From an uncultured bacterium (GTDB lineage: Bacteria > Gemmatimonadota > Gemmatimonadetes > Gemmatimonadales > Gemmatimonadaceae): 48,236 nucleotides of DNA. Of this stretch, positions 8,595 through 17,039 are shown in pieces (the stretch's first letter is position 1; every line of letters begins with the position of its first letter). The position numbers and the translations under genes were made by a program. The stretch lies in assembly GCA_963978095.1 (NCBI GenBank), contig CAXBQP010000021.1:1-48236 (forward strand), given 5' to 3'. Below the pieces are notes generated by a model that was not told where the DNA came from, made no database searches, and saw only the letters and a program-made list of their open reading frames with translations.

Positions 8595-9473
8595 TCAGCC
8601 CCGGTTTTTGCCGAGAAGGCGCGTCCATCGCGGGCGCACCTTGTTCGCACCCGGACCATCCGGCTCGTCGTTCGCGAAGGCGGCGTCGGCCACGATAAAC
8701 GGCGGCACGGGCAGTGGTGGGAGCCCCTCGAGGAGCCTCGCCGGATTCACCACGCCGAGGAGATCGGCCTGCTCGGGATAGCCGGCGTCGACCAACGCGT
8801 GATGAAAGTCGCGCAACCGTGGCAGGCCACGCGCGTGGTAATCGCTCGCGACGTAGTCGGCGAGACCCAGGGTAAGGATCTGCATCGCGTGCCTGGCGGC
8901 GGTGGTCCCATGGTCTCCGAAGAGCGATCCGGCGTTCACCTGCAGCCGTGCCCCGGCGTCCTTGAAACGCGCCAGCTCCCCGACCTCCTCGAGGTTGCGA
9001 TAGCGCTCGGGGTGTGCCACCACGGGAGTCCACCCCTGCTCGCAGAGCGCCTGCACCGCGATCTCGGCGTTCTTCGCCGGCAGGCGCAGACTCGGGTACT
9101 CGACCAGGGCAAAGGATGTGCCGGCGAGCCGGAGTCGCGCGTCGGACAGATCGGGATCGGGAACATCGAGCATCACCTCAACGCCGCGTTCGACGCGCAT
9201 GGGACGCCCGGAGCGCTCGGCGTCGCGTGCGACCACGGCGCACAACCGGTCCCATCCCGCGTCGAGTTGCTCCAAGCGATCCGCGAGCATCGCGCGATGC
9301 CGCGTGAGCGACCCCATGAAGTGCGGGGTGGTGATCAGCTCCTGCGTCCCGGCGGTGCGGAACGCCGCGAGCGCGGCCGCGGAGTCCTCCGGCGTTTGCG
9401 CGCCGTCGTCGACGCCCGGAACGAGGTGACTATGGAAGTCGGTGAAACGGGTGCCGGCGGTGGTGGTGGTCAC
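8595..9473 (-). CDS. CpsB/CapC-family PHP tyrosine-protein phosphatase
   Basis: DFHSHLVPGVDDGA, TPH, AHPERY, QVNAGSL, VASDYH. Likely partner of Wzc. Start approximate. Confidence 0.9.
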   Translation of the reverse strand: MTTTTAGTRFTDFHSHLVPGVDDGAQTPEDSAAALAAFRTAGTQELITTPHFMGSLTRHRAMLADRLEQLDAGWDRLCAVVARDAERSGRPMRVERGVEVMLDVPDPDLSDARLRLAGTSFALVEYPSLRLPAKNAEIAVQALCEQGWTPVVAHPERYRNLEEVGELARFKDAGARLQVNAGSLFGDHGTTAARHAMQILTLGLADYVASDYHARGLPRLRDFHHALVDAGYPEQADLLGVVNPARLLEGLPPLPVPPFIVADAAFANDEPDGPGANKVRPRWTRLLGKNRG

Positions 9474-9543
9474 GTGGCCTGCAGATTGGACGCGCGTTGG
9501 CGAGCTCCACGATTCCAATGTACGGCACCGACGCGCCGGAACG

Positions 9544-10449
9544 CTACGGCGCGTCGTGTCCGCGCAGCAGCTGCGCCAGCGCGTGCGGGAGGCGGGGCGT
9601 GTCGAACTGAAAACCGGCCTCCACCAACGCGCGCGGTCGCACGCGCTGGCTCGCCAACAACGTTCCCTGCGCCATCTCGCCGAACATCGCCCGCAACACG
9701 AACGCGGGGACAGGGGGCAGGAACGCCGGGCGATGCACGGCGGCGGCCACGTCGCGCGTGAACTCGGCGTTCGTGACGGGCTCCGGCGTCACCAGATTCA
9801 CCGGTCCGACGAGAGTCGGCGTGTCCAGCACGAATCGCAACGCGCGGACCACGTCGACGAGCGAGATCCAGCTCATCCACTGACGCCCGGTGCCAAGCGC
9901 TGCGCCGCCGCCGAGCGTGAAGACCGGAAGGAGCTTGGCCAAGGCGCCTCCCGTTGGCGTGAGCACCACGCCGATGCGCGGATGCACGACACGGATCCCC
10001 GCATCGCGAGCGGGCGATGCGGCTCCCTCCCACTGCAGGGCCGTGTGCGACAAGAAGTCGCTCCCCGCCGGTGACGATTCCTCGAGCCACGTATCCCCGC
10101 GATCCCCATAGATCCCGATCGCTGAGGCACTCACCAACACGCGGGGCTTCAGCGCGAGCCCCGCGATCGCCCGCGCGATGCACCCCGTGCCCTGCACGCG
10201 ACTCTCGACGATCGCCCGCTTGTGCGACGCCGTCCAGCGCTCGCCCACGTTGGCGCCGGCCAGATGCACGACGGCCGTGACCCCCTCGAGCCCGGAGCGG
10301 TCGATGCGATCGCTGGCGGGGTCCCAGGCGAGATCGTTGGCGGTTCCGCGTCCGATGGACACGACCGCATGCCCGTCGGCGCGCAACGCGGCAGACAGCG
10401 CACGACCGATCAATCCACTCGCGCCGGTGATGGCGATGCGTGCTGTCAT
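9544..10449 (-). CDS. TIGR01777-family NAD-dependent epimerase/oxidoreductase (YfcH/SDR39U1-like)
   Basis: ITGASGLIG, VVHLAGA, SASAIGIYG, RIGVVL, GRQWMSWI, GPVNLV, SQRVRP. Confidence 0.9.
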   Translation of the reverse strand: MTARIAITGASGLIGRALSAALRADGHAVVSIGRGTANDLAWDPASDRIDRSGLEGVTAVVHLAGANVGERWTASHKRAIVESRVQGTGCIARAIAGLALKPRVLVSASAIGIYGDRGDTWLEESSPAGSDFLSHTALQWEGAASPARDAGIRVVHPRIGVVLTPTGGALAKLLPVFTLGGGAALGTGRQWMSWISLVDVVRALRFVLDTPTLVGPVNLVTPEPVTNAEFTRDVAAAVHRPAFLPPVPAFVLRAMFGEMAQGTLLASQRVRPRALVEAGFQFDTPRLPHALAQLLRGHDAP

Positions 10450-10600
10450 GCCGAACACTCACAGGAAGGGGACATGTGAGTCAAAGCCGCAGCGGCGGTC
10501 ACAGGTTCCCGCGCGGGGGATGCGGAACACCGGCGACTCCTACACGCCGGCGATGCCACCACGCGGCCGGCCTCGGCGCCGTCCACACCCGCGGGCGTCG

Positions 10601-11959
10601 TCAGTACCAATAGCCGAAGATGATGTCCATCTCGTCCTGCGAGGTCAGCCCGAATCGCACGACCTTGCTGGCATCGCCATGAAAGGTGACCTCCGACGTC
10701 AGCCCCTCCCCCGGTTGCAACACGATCGGCGTGTCGAACGCGACGAACGGGGGATGGTCCCACGACGTGTTGGTGAACACCACCTCGCCGTTTCGCGCAC
10801 CTCCGGCAATGCGGATCACGAACTTCGTGCCGCGTGCGTGCATGTGTGACGTGAGCGCCACCACGCGCGTGAGCGTGCTGAAGCGGAAGGTCTTCGTGAT
10901 GGTGGTATCACGTCCCGCCGGGATGGTGAGATCGGTGTTGGAGAGATTCAACGTGCTCGCCGCCTGGGTCACCTGCGACGCCGGCACGGTCCACAAGTTG
11001 GCTTCTGCCTCTCCGGTCACGTCCTGGGCACTGGCGTTCACGTAGTGCGAGTTCAGGTCGATCGCCTGCCCTGCCGGAATCTTCAGGGCGACCCCGGCCG
11101 GAAAGCGGAAGTCGCTGCTCGTGGCCTGCGTCCCCGCGAAGAACACATGGTACTCCATCGGTACCATGTTCAGGACGTTGTAGGTGCCGTCGGTATTCCG
11201 GATATCCCGGACCGCCCCGACCGCGGGAAGCACCGCCGTCGGCGTGCCGGGATTGAAGGTGTACAACACGAAATGGTGACTGCCGACGCGCATCTGCGTC
11301 TGGATCCGATTCACCCAGACATCGGACGTATTGCCCACCACCTTGTAGTCGAACAACTCTCGCTCGAAGCCGGATCGCACGGCAAATGAGCTGAGTTTGA
11401 GCTGAAAGCCCGCGGTCGGGGGCACGAGCGGCGTGTACGGCGCCGTCTCCGGGCGTGTGGTCCCGAGCAACAGCGCGGGATCCACATCATCCGTGGTCGC
11501 GCTGGCGCCGTTCTCGATCCATTGGCGCACGAAGCTCAACTGCTCCACGGAGAGACTCGGGGCGCTCTGCGGCATGGCACCGCCGTAATCGTGCGCGTGG
11601 TGTCCGGCGAGCCACTGATTCAGCTTGTGCCAGAGCAAACTGGAGTCCGGCTTCCCGGCCACCACGAGCTTCAGCCCATCGTTGCGGGCCGTGGCGTTGA
11701 CCGGCAGGACACCGAGGAGCCGGGCGTGGACCCCGCTCCCCGTCAGCACGAGCGAACTCGCGGTGCTCCCCGGGGCATGGCACGACGTGAAGGCACAGGA
11801 TTTCTCAAATACCTGCGACTGGATCCGCTGGAACGACGTACTCGCCCCGAGCGTCACGGTCGGCGCCGCGGCCTCCCCTTTCGATCCACCACTGCACGCG
11901 ACGAGCAGGAGGAGGGCAACCACCAACACGTGTGCATGACGCCGAGATGTGATGATCAT
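10601..11959 (-). CDS. Lipoprotein: c-type heme domain fused to copper type II ascorbate-dependent monooxygenase (PHM/DBH-like) domains
   Basis: Lipobox LLLVAC. CAFTSCH plus PDSSLLW...AMP...WIENGA (planctomycete-type cytochrome c-like). Copper ligand pattern SHHF, SHY, SHMH, DEM. ATG at 11959 overlaps the upstream stop (ATGA). Confidence 0.75.
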   Translation of the reverse strand: MIITSRRHAHVLVVALLLLVACSGGSKGEAAAPTVTLGASTSFQRIQSQVFEKSCAFTSCHAPGSTASSLVLTGSGVHARLLGVLPVNATARNDGLKLVVAGKPDSSLLWHKLNQWLAGHHAHDYGGAMPQSAPSLSVEQLSFVRQWIENGASATTDDVDPALLLGTTRPETAPYTPLVPPTAGFQLKLSSFAVRSGFERELFDYKVVGNTSDVWVNRIQTQMRVGSHHFVLYTFNPGTPTAVLPAVGAVRDIRNTDGTYNVLNMVPMEYHVFFAGTQATSSDFRFPAGVALKIPAGQAIDLNSHYVNASAQDVTGEAEANLWTVPASQVTQAASTLNLSNTDLTIPAGRDTTITKTFRFSTLTRVVALTSHMHARGTKFVIRIAGGARNGEVVFTNTSWDHPPFVAFDTPIVLQPGEGLTSEVTFHGDASKVVRFGLTSQDEMDIIFGYWY

Positions 11960-14241
11960 TTCGCGGGGGCCGCCGGTGAGAGGTACTTGGCATACCAATC
12001 CAACACGCGCTGGTGATAATCGATGAAATCGGACTCGGTGGTCTGCGGCACCCCGTGTCCGCTCCGCGTGTAGTTGACCCACGTCACGGTCTTCCCGAGG
12101 CGGCGGAGGGCATAGTACATCTCGCGGGTATTGAGCGCGGGCACGTTGTGATCCTCACCACCGGTCATCAGCAACAGGGGCGTGGTGATGCGGTCGGCGA
12201 ACATCACCGCCGAATGCTGGACGTACTTCTGCGGCTGCTGCCACATGGTGGCGCCGATGCGGTCCTGGCTCTTCTCCGCGGCATGGATGTTCCGCACGCC
12301 GAGCCGCGGACTGTCGGTGTAGAAGGAGATGAAATCGACCTTCCCGCTCATGTTGATCGCCGCCTTGAAGCGGTTCGTCTGCGTGATCAACAGGTTGGTG
12401 GCGTAGCCGCCGTAACTGGTCCCATGCACGGCGAGCCGCGCACTGTCGGCGAGGCCGATCCCGATCACGGCGTTGGCGGCGGCGGTGACGCCCTTGATCC
12501 ACGCCTCGCCGGGGTAGCCGATGTCGAACCCGACGCTCGGATTCACCACGGCATAGCCGTGCGCCGAGAGCAGGTTCGCGACGGCATCGAAGGTGTCGTC
12601 GAAAAAATCCTCATAGATGATGAACACGGTGGGATATCGCGTCCCTTTCACATAGTTCGCCGGATACCGCACGACGCCATAGCGGGTCTTGCCATCGGCA
12701 TCGAGGTACGGCAACAGTTCGGTCTTCGCGATCGGCTTGCCGGTCAGCTGGGGATTCGATTCCAGCAACCGGCGCGGCGTCCCGCCGGTCAGATCGGTCA
12801 CATAGAGATCCGCCGGATGATTCCCGGCGGCAATCGTGAGCACCATCGTCGTGCCGTCGCGCGAGAGGCGAGGACCCGTGAACAGCTCCCCACCTTTCAC
12901 GATGGTGCGCGTGGTCTTGGCCTGCAGATCCTGCACGATGAACGACCGGTCCCACTCCCGCCGCGAGTTCACGGCCGTCACGAGGTACCGGCCGTCGCGA
13001 CTCCAGCTCACGAGCATCGGCCGCGGGGCCGAGGAGGTCGAGTCGGGATAGGTGACGACCTGCTCCTTGCTGCCCGTCGCCACATCCACGATCCACAGTC
13101 CGGCGCGATTCTCCGCCAACAGCTTCCCGGCGTCGCTCGTGAGCGACATGGGTGTGAAGCGCTCGGCGTCGCGCTTGGCCCGCGCGGCGGCGCTGGTGTC
13201 CGCGTCGGCCGCCCCCGAACCGGCGGCTCCCAGCAACGGACGACGCGCCGTGTCCGCGGTCGTGCCGATCCACACCTTCCCATCGCGGCCGACGGCGTAA
13301 TGCACCCCGTCCTCGGCCCACACGAACTGCTGTCCCTTGGTGTTCGCCGCCAGGGTGCGCGGCGCGCTGCCGCCGAATGCCACGAGTTTCCACTCGCGAC
13401 CGCCGATCACATCGTAGTCCGTTTTCTTGGTGATGTCCTCCTGGATCGTGACCGACCGTCCATCATCAGCCAGCGTCCACGTCCCGATCCGCGCTTCAGG
13501 CACCAGCGTCTGCACGCCACCGGTCGCGGGATCCCACGCCACGATCGATCGGGTCGCCGACAGCCGGTTCATGCCGTCCCACTCGAGGAAGTCCTCCTTG
13601 CCGTCGAGCGCGACGATCGGCGCGGAGGTCAGCGCCGCGAACTTGGCCTTCGCGTCGACCCGCCACGCGTCCGAGCGCGCAGCGAACACCAACGCATCGC
13701 CGCGTTTCGTCCAGCGCAACTCGCTGTTCTCCGCGACATAGCGGCCGGCGGGCATGGTGGCGGTCGTGAACTTGCCGCTCGCGCGATCCCACACGGTCAC
13801 GTGCCATGCATCGTTTTCGAGCAGGAGCATGGCGAGCCGAGTCCCGTCAGGGGACCAGGTGGGGCCCCGGAAGGTGCGCTTGGCCGGAAAGACTTGGCGC
13901 TGCGCTCCGGTGCGGGTGTCGATGATCAGCAGTCGCGCGACCGACGCGCGCAGATAGGTTTGATCACCGTCCCTGGTGAAATCGGCCCCGAGCGCATCCC
14001 GTCGCGTGGCGACCGAAGCGGCGAGCCAACGGCCGTCGACCGAGAGATCGGCCACGCTGACGGTCGCGATATCGAGCAGATCGCGAATCCCCAGGGAATC
14101 CGCGATTGCGGCCACTCCGGTCATCGGACGCGACGACGTCGGCATCTCCACGTTCCGCGATGCGGGGATGGGAGCGGCGGCCGACGGGGCGAGCGCCGCA
14201 CCGATGGCGAACGCACGGACGAGCACGGGATTGACGATCAT
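11956..14241 (-). CDS. Secreted S9 (prolyl oligopeptidase / acylaminoacyl peptidase-like) serine peptidase
   Basis: Signal peptide, propeller repeats (WSPDG, WSRDG), triad motifs GTSYGG, EDHNV, SGHG. GAGGA RBS precedes ATG 14241. Confidence 0.9.
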   Translation of the reverse strand: MIVNPVLVRAFAIGAALAPSAAAPIPASRNVEMPTSSRPMTGVAAIADSLGIRDLLDIATVSVADLSVDGRWLAASVATRRDALGADFTRDGDQTYLRASVARLLIIDTRTGAQRQVFPAKRTFRGPTWSPDGTRLAMLLLENDAWHVTVWDRASGKFTTATMPAGRYVAENSELRWTKRGDALVFAARSDAWRVDAKAKFAALTSAPIVALDGKEDFLEWDGMNRLSATRSIVAWDPATGGVQTLVPEARIGTWTLADDGRSVTIQEDITKKTDYDVIGGREWKLVAFGGSAPRTLAANTKGQQFVWAEDGVHYAVGRDGKVWIGTTADTARRPLLGAAGSGAADADTSAAARAKRDAERFTPMSLTSDAGKLLAENRAGLWIVDVATGSKEQVVTYPDSTSSAPRPMLVSWSRDGRYLVTAVNSRREWDRSFIVQDLQAKTTRTIVKGGELFTGPRLSRDGTTMVLTIAAGNHPADLYVTDLTGGTPRRLLESNPQLTGKPIAKTELLPYLDADGKTRYGVVRYPANYVKGTRYPTVFIIYEDFFDDTFDAVANLLSAHGYAVVNPSVGFDIGYPGEAWIKGVTAAANAVIGIGLADSARLAVHGTSYGGYATNLLITQTNRFKAAINMSGKVDFISFYTDSPRLGVRNIHAAEKSQDRIGATMWQQPQKYVQHSAVMFADRITTPLLLMTGGEDHNVPALNTREMYYALRRLGKTVTWVNYTRSGHGVPQTTESDFIDYHQRVLDWYAKYLSPAAPAK

Positions 14242-14311
14242 CGAGTTCCTCGGCGGGCAAGGGAGACGCAACTCCTCGAAAATGCGCATGGCGCCGTGGA
14301 GGCGCCAGCAG

Positions 14312-15379
14312 TTACACGGCGAATGCCACGTCCTCGGCCAGGGAGGCCACGATCTTCGACGCGTCCGGGCCCGCGAGAATCAGGTATTCGCGATTCATCA
14401 GATGACCGACCTGCCCCACTTTCTGGCCACGGCGATTATGAATGCCGATCTTCGCCCCCACGTAGCGTTTGAACGCGACCGGCACCACCGCGACATCGCC
14501 GCGAACCTCCAGCAGCAGGCGGTGCAGATCGTCCTGGGCGAAGAACCCTTCGTTGCTGAAGGAAACGAGGAGATGCGTGGCCGGCACGTCGCGAATCAGC
14601 TCCGAGAAGGCCTCCCACGCGCGCGGCCTGGCATTGAAGGCGCTCTTGACGGTGCGACAGTCCTCGCGCTTGCGCGCGACCCCATACGCCGGCGGCGCGT
14701 CGTGGCGTACGATCGTCTCCCACACGTGGTAGTTCGAGAAATAACTATGCTGGTTGTACGGGGGATCGATGTAGGCGAGGTCCACCGGATCCATCGAGCG
14801 GACGAAGGTATTGGCATCAGCCCGCGCGACCGTCCCGGTGCCCGGGATCAGCGCGGGTACGCGCAGCGCCAAGGCGTTGTGCGACCGCGGCGCCCATCCC
14901 TTGAGATACGCCATCTGGAGTCCGGTCGTGGAGTCCACGCGATCCGCCGCCTCGAGCAGCGACGTCAGCAGGACCGCATGTTCCATCGGATCACGCGCGA
15001 GCGCATCGATCGCGACGCGGATCGCATCGATGCGCCTCCCGTTCATCGGCTGGAAATAGCGCGCCTCCTCGCAAAAGGTCCGCGTGACGTAGCCATCGAT
15101 GCCCGGAAGCGCGTTCAACTCCTGCACCAGCGCCGCGAGCCGTGCGACATCCGCCGTCGCGGCATCGCACGCCACATAGGTCATGGCCAACACCTCGGAA
15201 TAACTCGCGAGGTCGTTGGCCGTCACAGCGAACCCCGCACTCTTGAGCGCCTGCGCAACACGCGTCGTGCCGGTGAAGAGATCCGCGACCGTTCGTGCGC
15301 CGGTCGCGGCGCGCACCGCGCGCGCGAGTGCCACGATCCGTGGCACGAGGGTACGCTTGGAGCCGATGTACTTGATCAC
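14312..15379 (-). CDS. N6-adenine DNA methyltransferase (alpha class, Dam/FokI-like), apparently orphan
   Basis: GTG start overlaps the upstream stop (GTGA). IKYIGSK, SAM motif DLFTGT, catalytic YIDPPY, VSFSNEG. Confidence 0.9.
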   Translation of the reverse strand: MIKYIGSKRTLVPRIVALARAVRAATGARTVADLFTGTTRVAQALKSAGFAVTANDLASYSEVLAMTYVACDAATADVARLAALVQELNALPGIDGYVTRTFCEEARYFQPMNGRRIDAIRVAIDALARDPMEHAVLLTSLLEAADRVDSTTGLQMAYLKGWAPRSHNALALRVPALIPGTGTVARADANTFVRSMDPVDLAYIDPPYNQHSYFSNYHVWETIVRHDAPPAYGVARKREDCRTVKSAFNARPRAWEAFSELIRDVPATHLLVSFSNEGFFAQDDLHRLLLEVRGDVAVVPVAFKRYVGAKIGIHNRRGQKVGQVGHLMNREYLILAGPDASKIVASLAEDVAFAV

Positions 15380-16950
15380 GTCGCGGATTTCGCCCGTTCG
15401 CGCAGGATGAGTTCGCGACGCAGGATCTTCCCGCTGGCGGACTTGGGGATCTTGTCCACGAACTCGACGCGCCGGACCTTCTTGTACGGCGCCACGCGTT
15501 CGGCGATGAAGGCCATCACGCCCTCCGCCGTCAGCGTGGCCGCCTCCGCTCGCGGCACCACGAACGCCTTCGGGACCTCGCCGGCCTCTTCGTCCGCACA
15601 GGGAATCACCGCCGCGTCGGCGATCTCGGGATGCGTCAGCAACACGGCTTCGAGTTCCGCCGGCGCCACTTGGAATCCCTTGTATTTGATGAACTCCTTC
15701 AGCCGGTCCACGATGAAGAAGTGTCCACTCTCCGTGGCGTAGCCGACGTCCCCGGTGTGCAACCAGCCGTCGTCGTCCAGCGCTTCGGCCGTCGAATCGG
15801 GATTGTTGAGGTAGCCATGCATCAGTTGCGGCCCGCGAATCAGGATCTCGCCATGCTCGCCGACCCCAAGATCCTGCTTCGTCTCCAGATGCACGATCCG
15901 GCACTCGGTATTCGGCACCAGCAACCCGCACGACCCGTGGAGAATCATCGTGGGATCCCCGGGGGTGAAGTGCGTCACCGGGCTCGCTTCGGTCATCCCG
16001 TACCCCTGCTTCACCAGGCACCGCAAGCGTGTCGCGCACGCCTGCTCGAGCTCGGCGCCGAGCGGTGCCGCCCCGGAGTTGATCGACCGCACGGACGACA
16101 GATCGAACTGCCCGACCATCGGATGCTTGGCCAACGCCAAGGCGATCGGCGGTACGACATACGCCACCACCACGCGGTACTGCTCCGACAGCCGGAGATA
16201 GTGCTCGAGATCGAACTGCGGCATCGTCACGGCGCATGCTCCGCGGCGCAGGAGCGCGCACATGATCACCGTCATGCCGTAGATATGGAAGAACGGCAGC
16301 GTCGCGATGGTGTGGTCCCCAGGGCCCACGGGATCGATGTGATGGCACTGCTCCACATTCGCGACGAGCGCGCGATGCGAGAGCATCACGCTCTTCGGCA
16401 GCCCCGTCGTCCCGCTGCTCGTGGGGAACGCCGCGAAGTCATTCCGTACGTCGAAACGCAGCACCGGCGCAGGGGCATCGACGAGCAGCTGCGCGAACGG
16501 CGTGCAGCGCTCGGCCTCTCCGAACACGAAGACCTCCCCACCCCCCAGCGCATCGAGCGCCGTCAAGGCGCGCGGCGCGAGCGCGGGAATCGTCACCACC
16601 ACGCGCGCGCCGGTGTCCTTCAGCTGGCGCCCGAGCTCCTCGGCCGTATACAGCGGGTTCGACATCACCGCCGTTCCCCCGGCCTTCAAGCAGCCGAAAA
16701 AGGCGGGCGCGTACTCCGGGACATTGGGCGAATAAATGCTCAGCCGATCGCCCTTCGCGAACCCGCGCGCCGCGAGTCCCGCCGCCACCATCCGCACTTG
16801 ATCACGGAGCGCACGGAAGGTGAGCACGCGCCCGGTCGGCCCCTCGATGAATGCGGGGTGATCCAGCCACTGGTCGACGTGCTCGAACGCGTACTCGTGG
16901 AGCGGGAGTTCGGGGACCACCACGTCAGGAAATCGGCTGCGGAAGATCAT
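15376..16950 (-). CDS. AMP-dependent acyl-CoA synthetase, 4-coumarate--CoA ligase family
   Basis: SSGTTGLPKSV, LPFFHIYG, QGYGMTE, GWLHTGD, VDRLKEFIKYKGFQVAPAELE, PKSASGKILRR. Confidence 0.93.
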   Translation of the reverse strand: MIFRSRFPDVVVPELPLHEYAFEHVDQWLDHPAFIEGPTGRVLTFRALRDQVRMVAAGLAARGFAKGDRLSIYSPNVPEYAPAFFGCLKAGGTAVMSNPLYTAEELGRQLKDTGARVVVTIPALAPRALTALDALGGGEVFVFGEAERCTPFAQLLVDAPAPVLRFDVRNDFAAFPTSSGTTGLPKSVMLSHRALVANVEQCHHIDPVGPGDHTIATLPFFHIYGMTVIMCALLRRGACAVTMPQFDLEHYLRLSEQYRVVVAYVVPPIALALAKHPMVGQFDLSSVRSINSGAAPLGAELEQACATRLRCLVKQGYGMTEASPVTHFTPGDPTMILHGSCGLLVPNTECRIVHLETKQDLGVGEHGEILIRGPQLMHGYLNNPDSTAEALDDDGWLHTGDVGYATESGHFFIVDRLKEFIKYKGFQVAPAELEAVLLTHPEIADAAVIPCADEEAGEVPKAFVVPRAEAATLTAEGVMAFIAERVAPYKKVRRVEFVDKIPKSASGKILRRELILRERAKSAT

Positions 16951-17039
16951 GCGGGGCACTCGGCGGGTGTTAGGGGGCGAGACGCGCAACGTATCCGACC
17001 CGGTTCGCAGGCGCGAGCCGGCCCTCTATCTTCTCTCCT

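Noticed and set aside
14312..15379. Restriction-modification or other defence island
   Set aside because: No endonuclease, specificity, helicase or mobility gene nearby, and the neighbours are metabolic.
14312..16348. 678-aa ORF suggesting a long N-terminal extension or fusion on the DNA methyltransferase
   Set aside because: The extra part overlaps the CoA ligase in another frame and is low-complexity Arg/Gly/Ala. MTase homology starts at GTG 15379.
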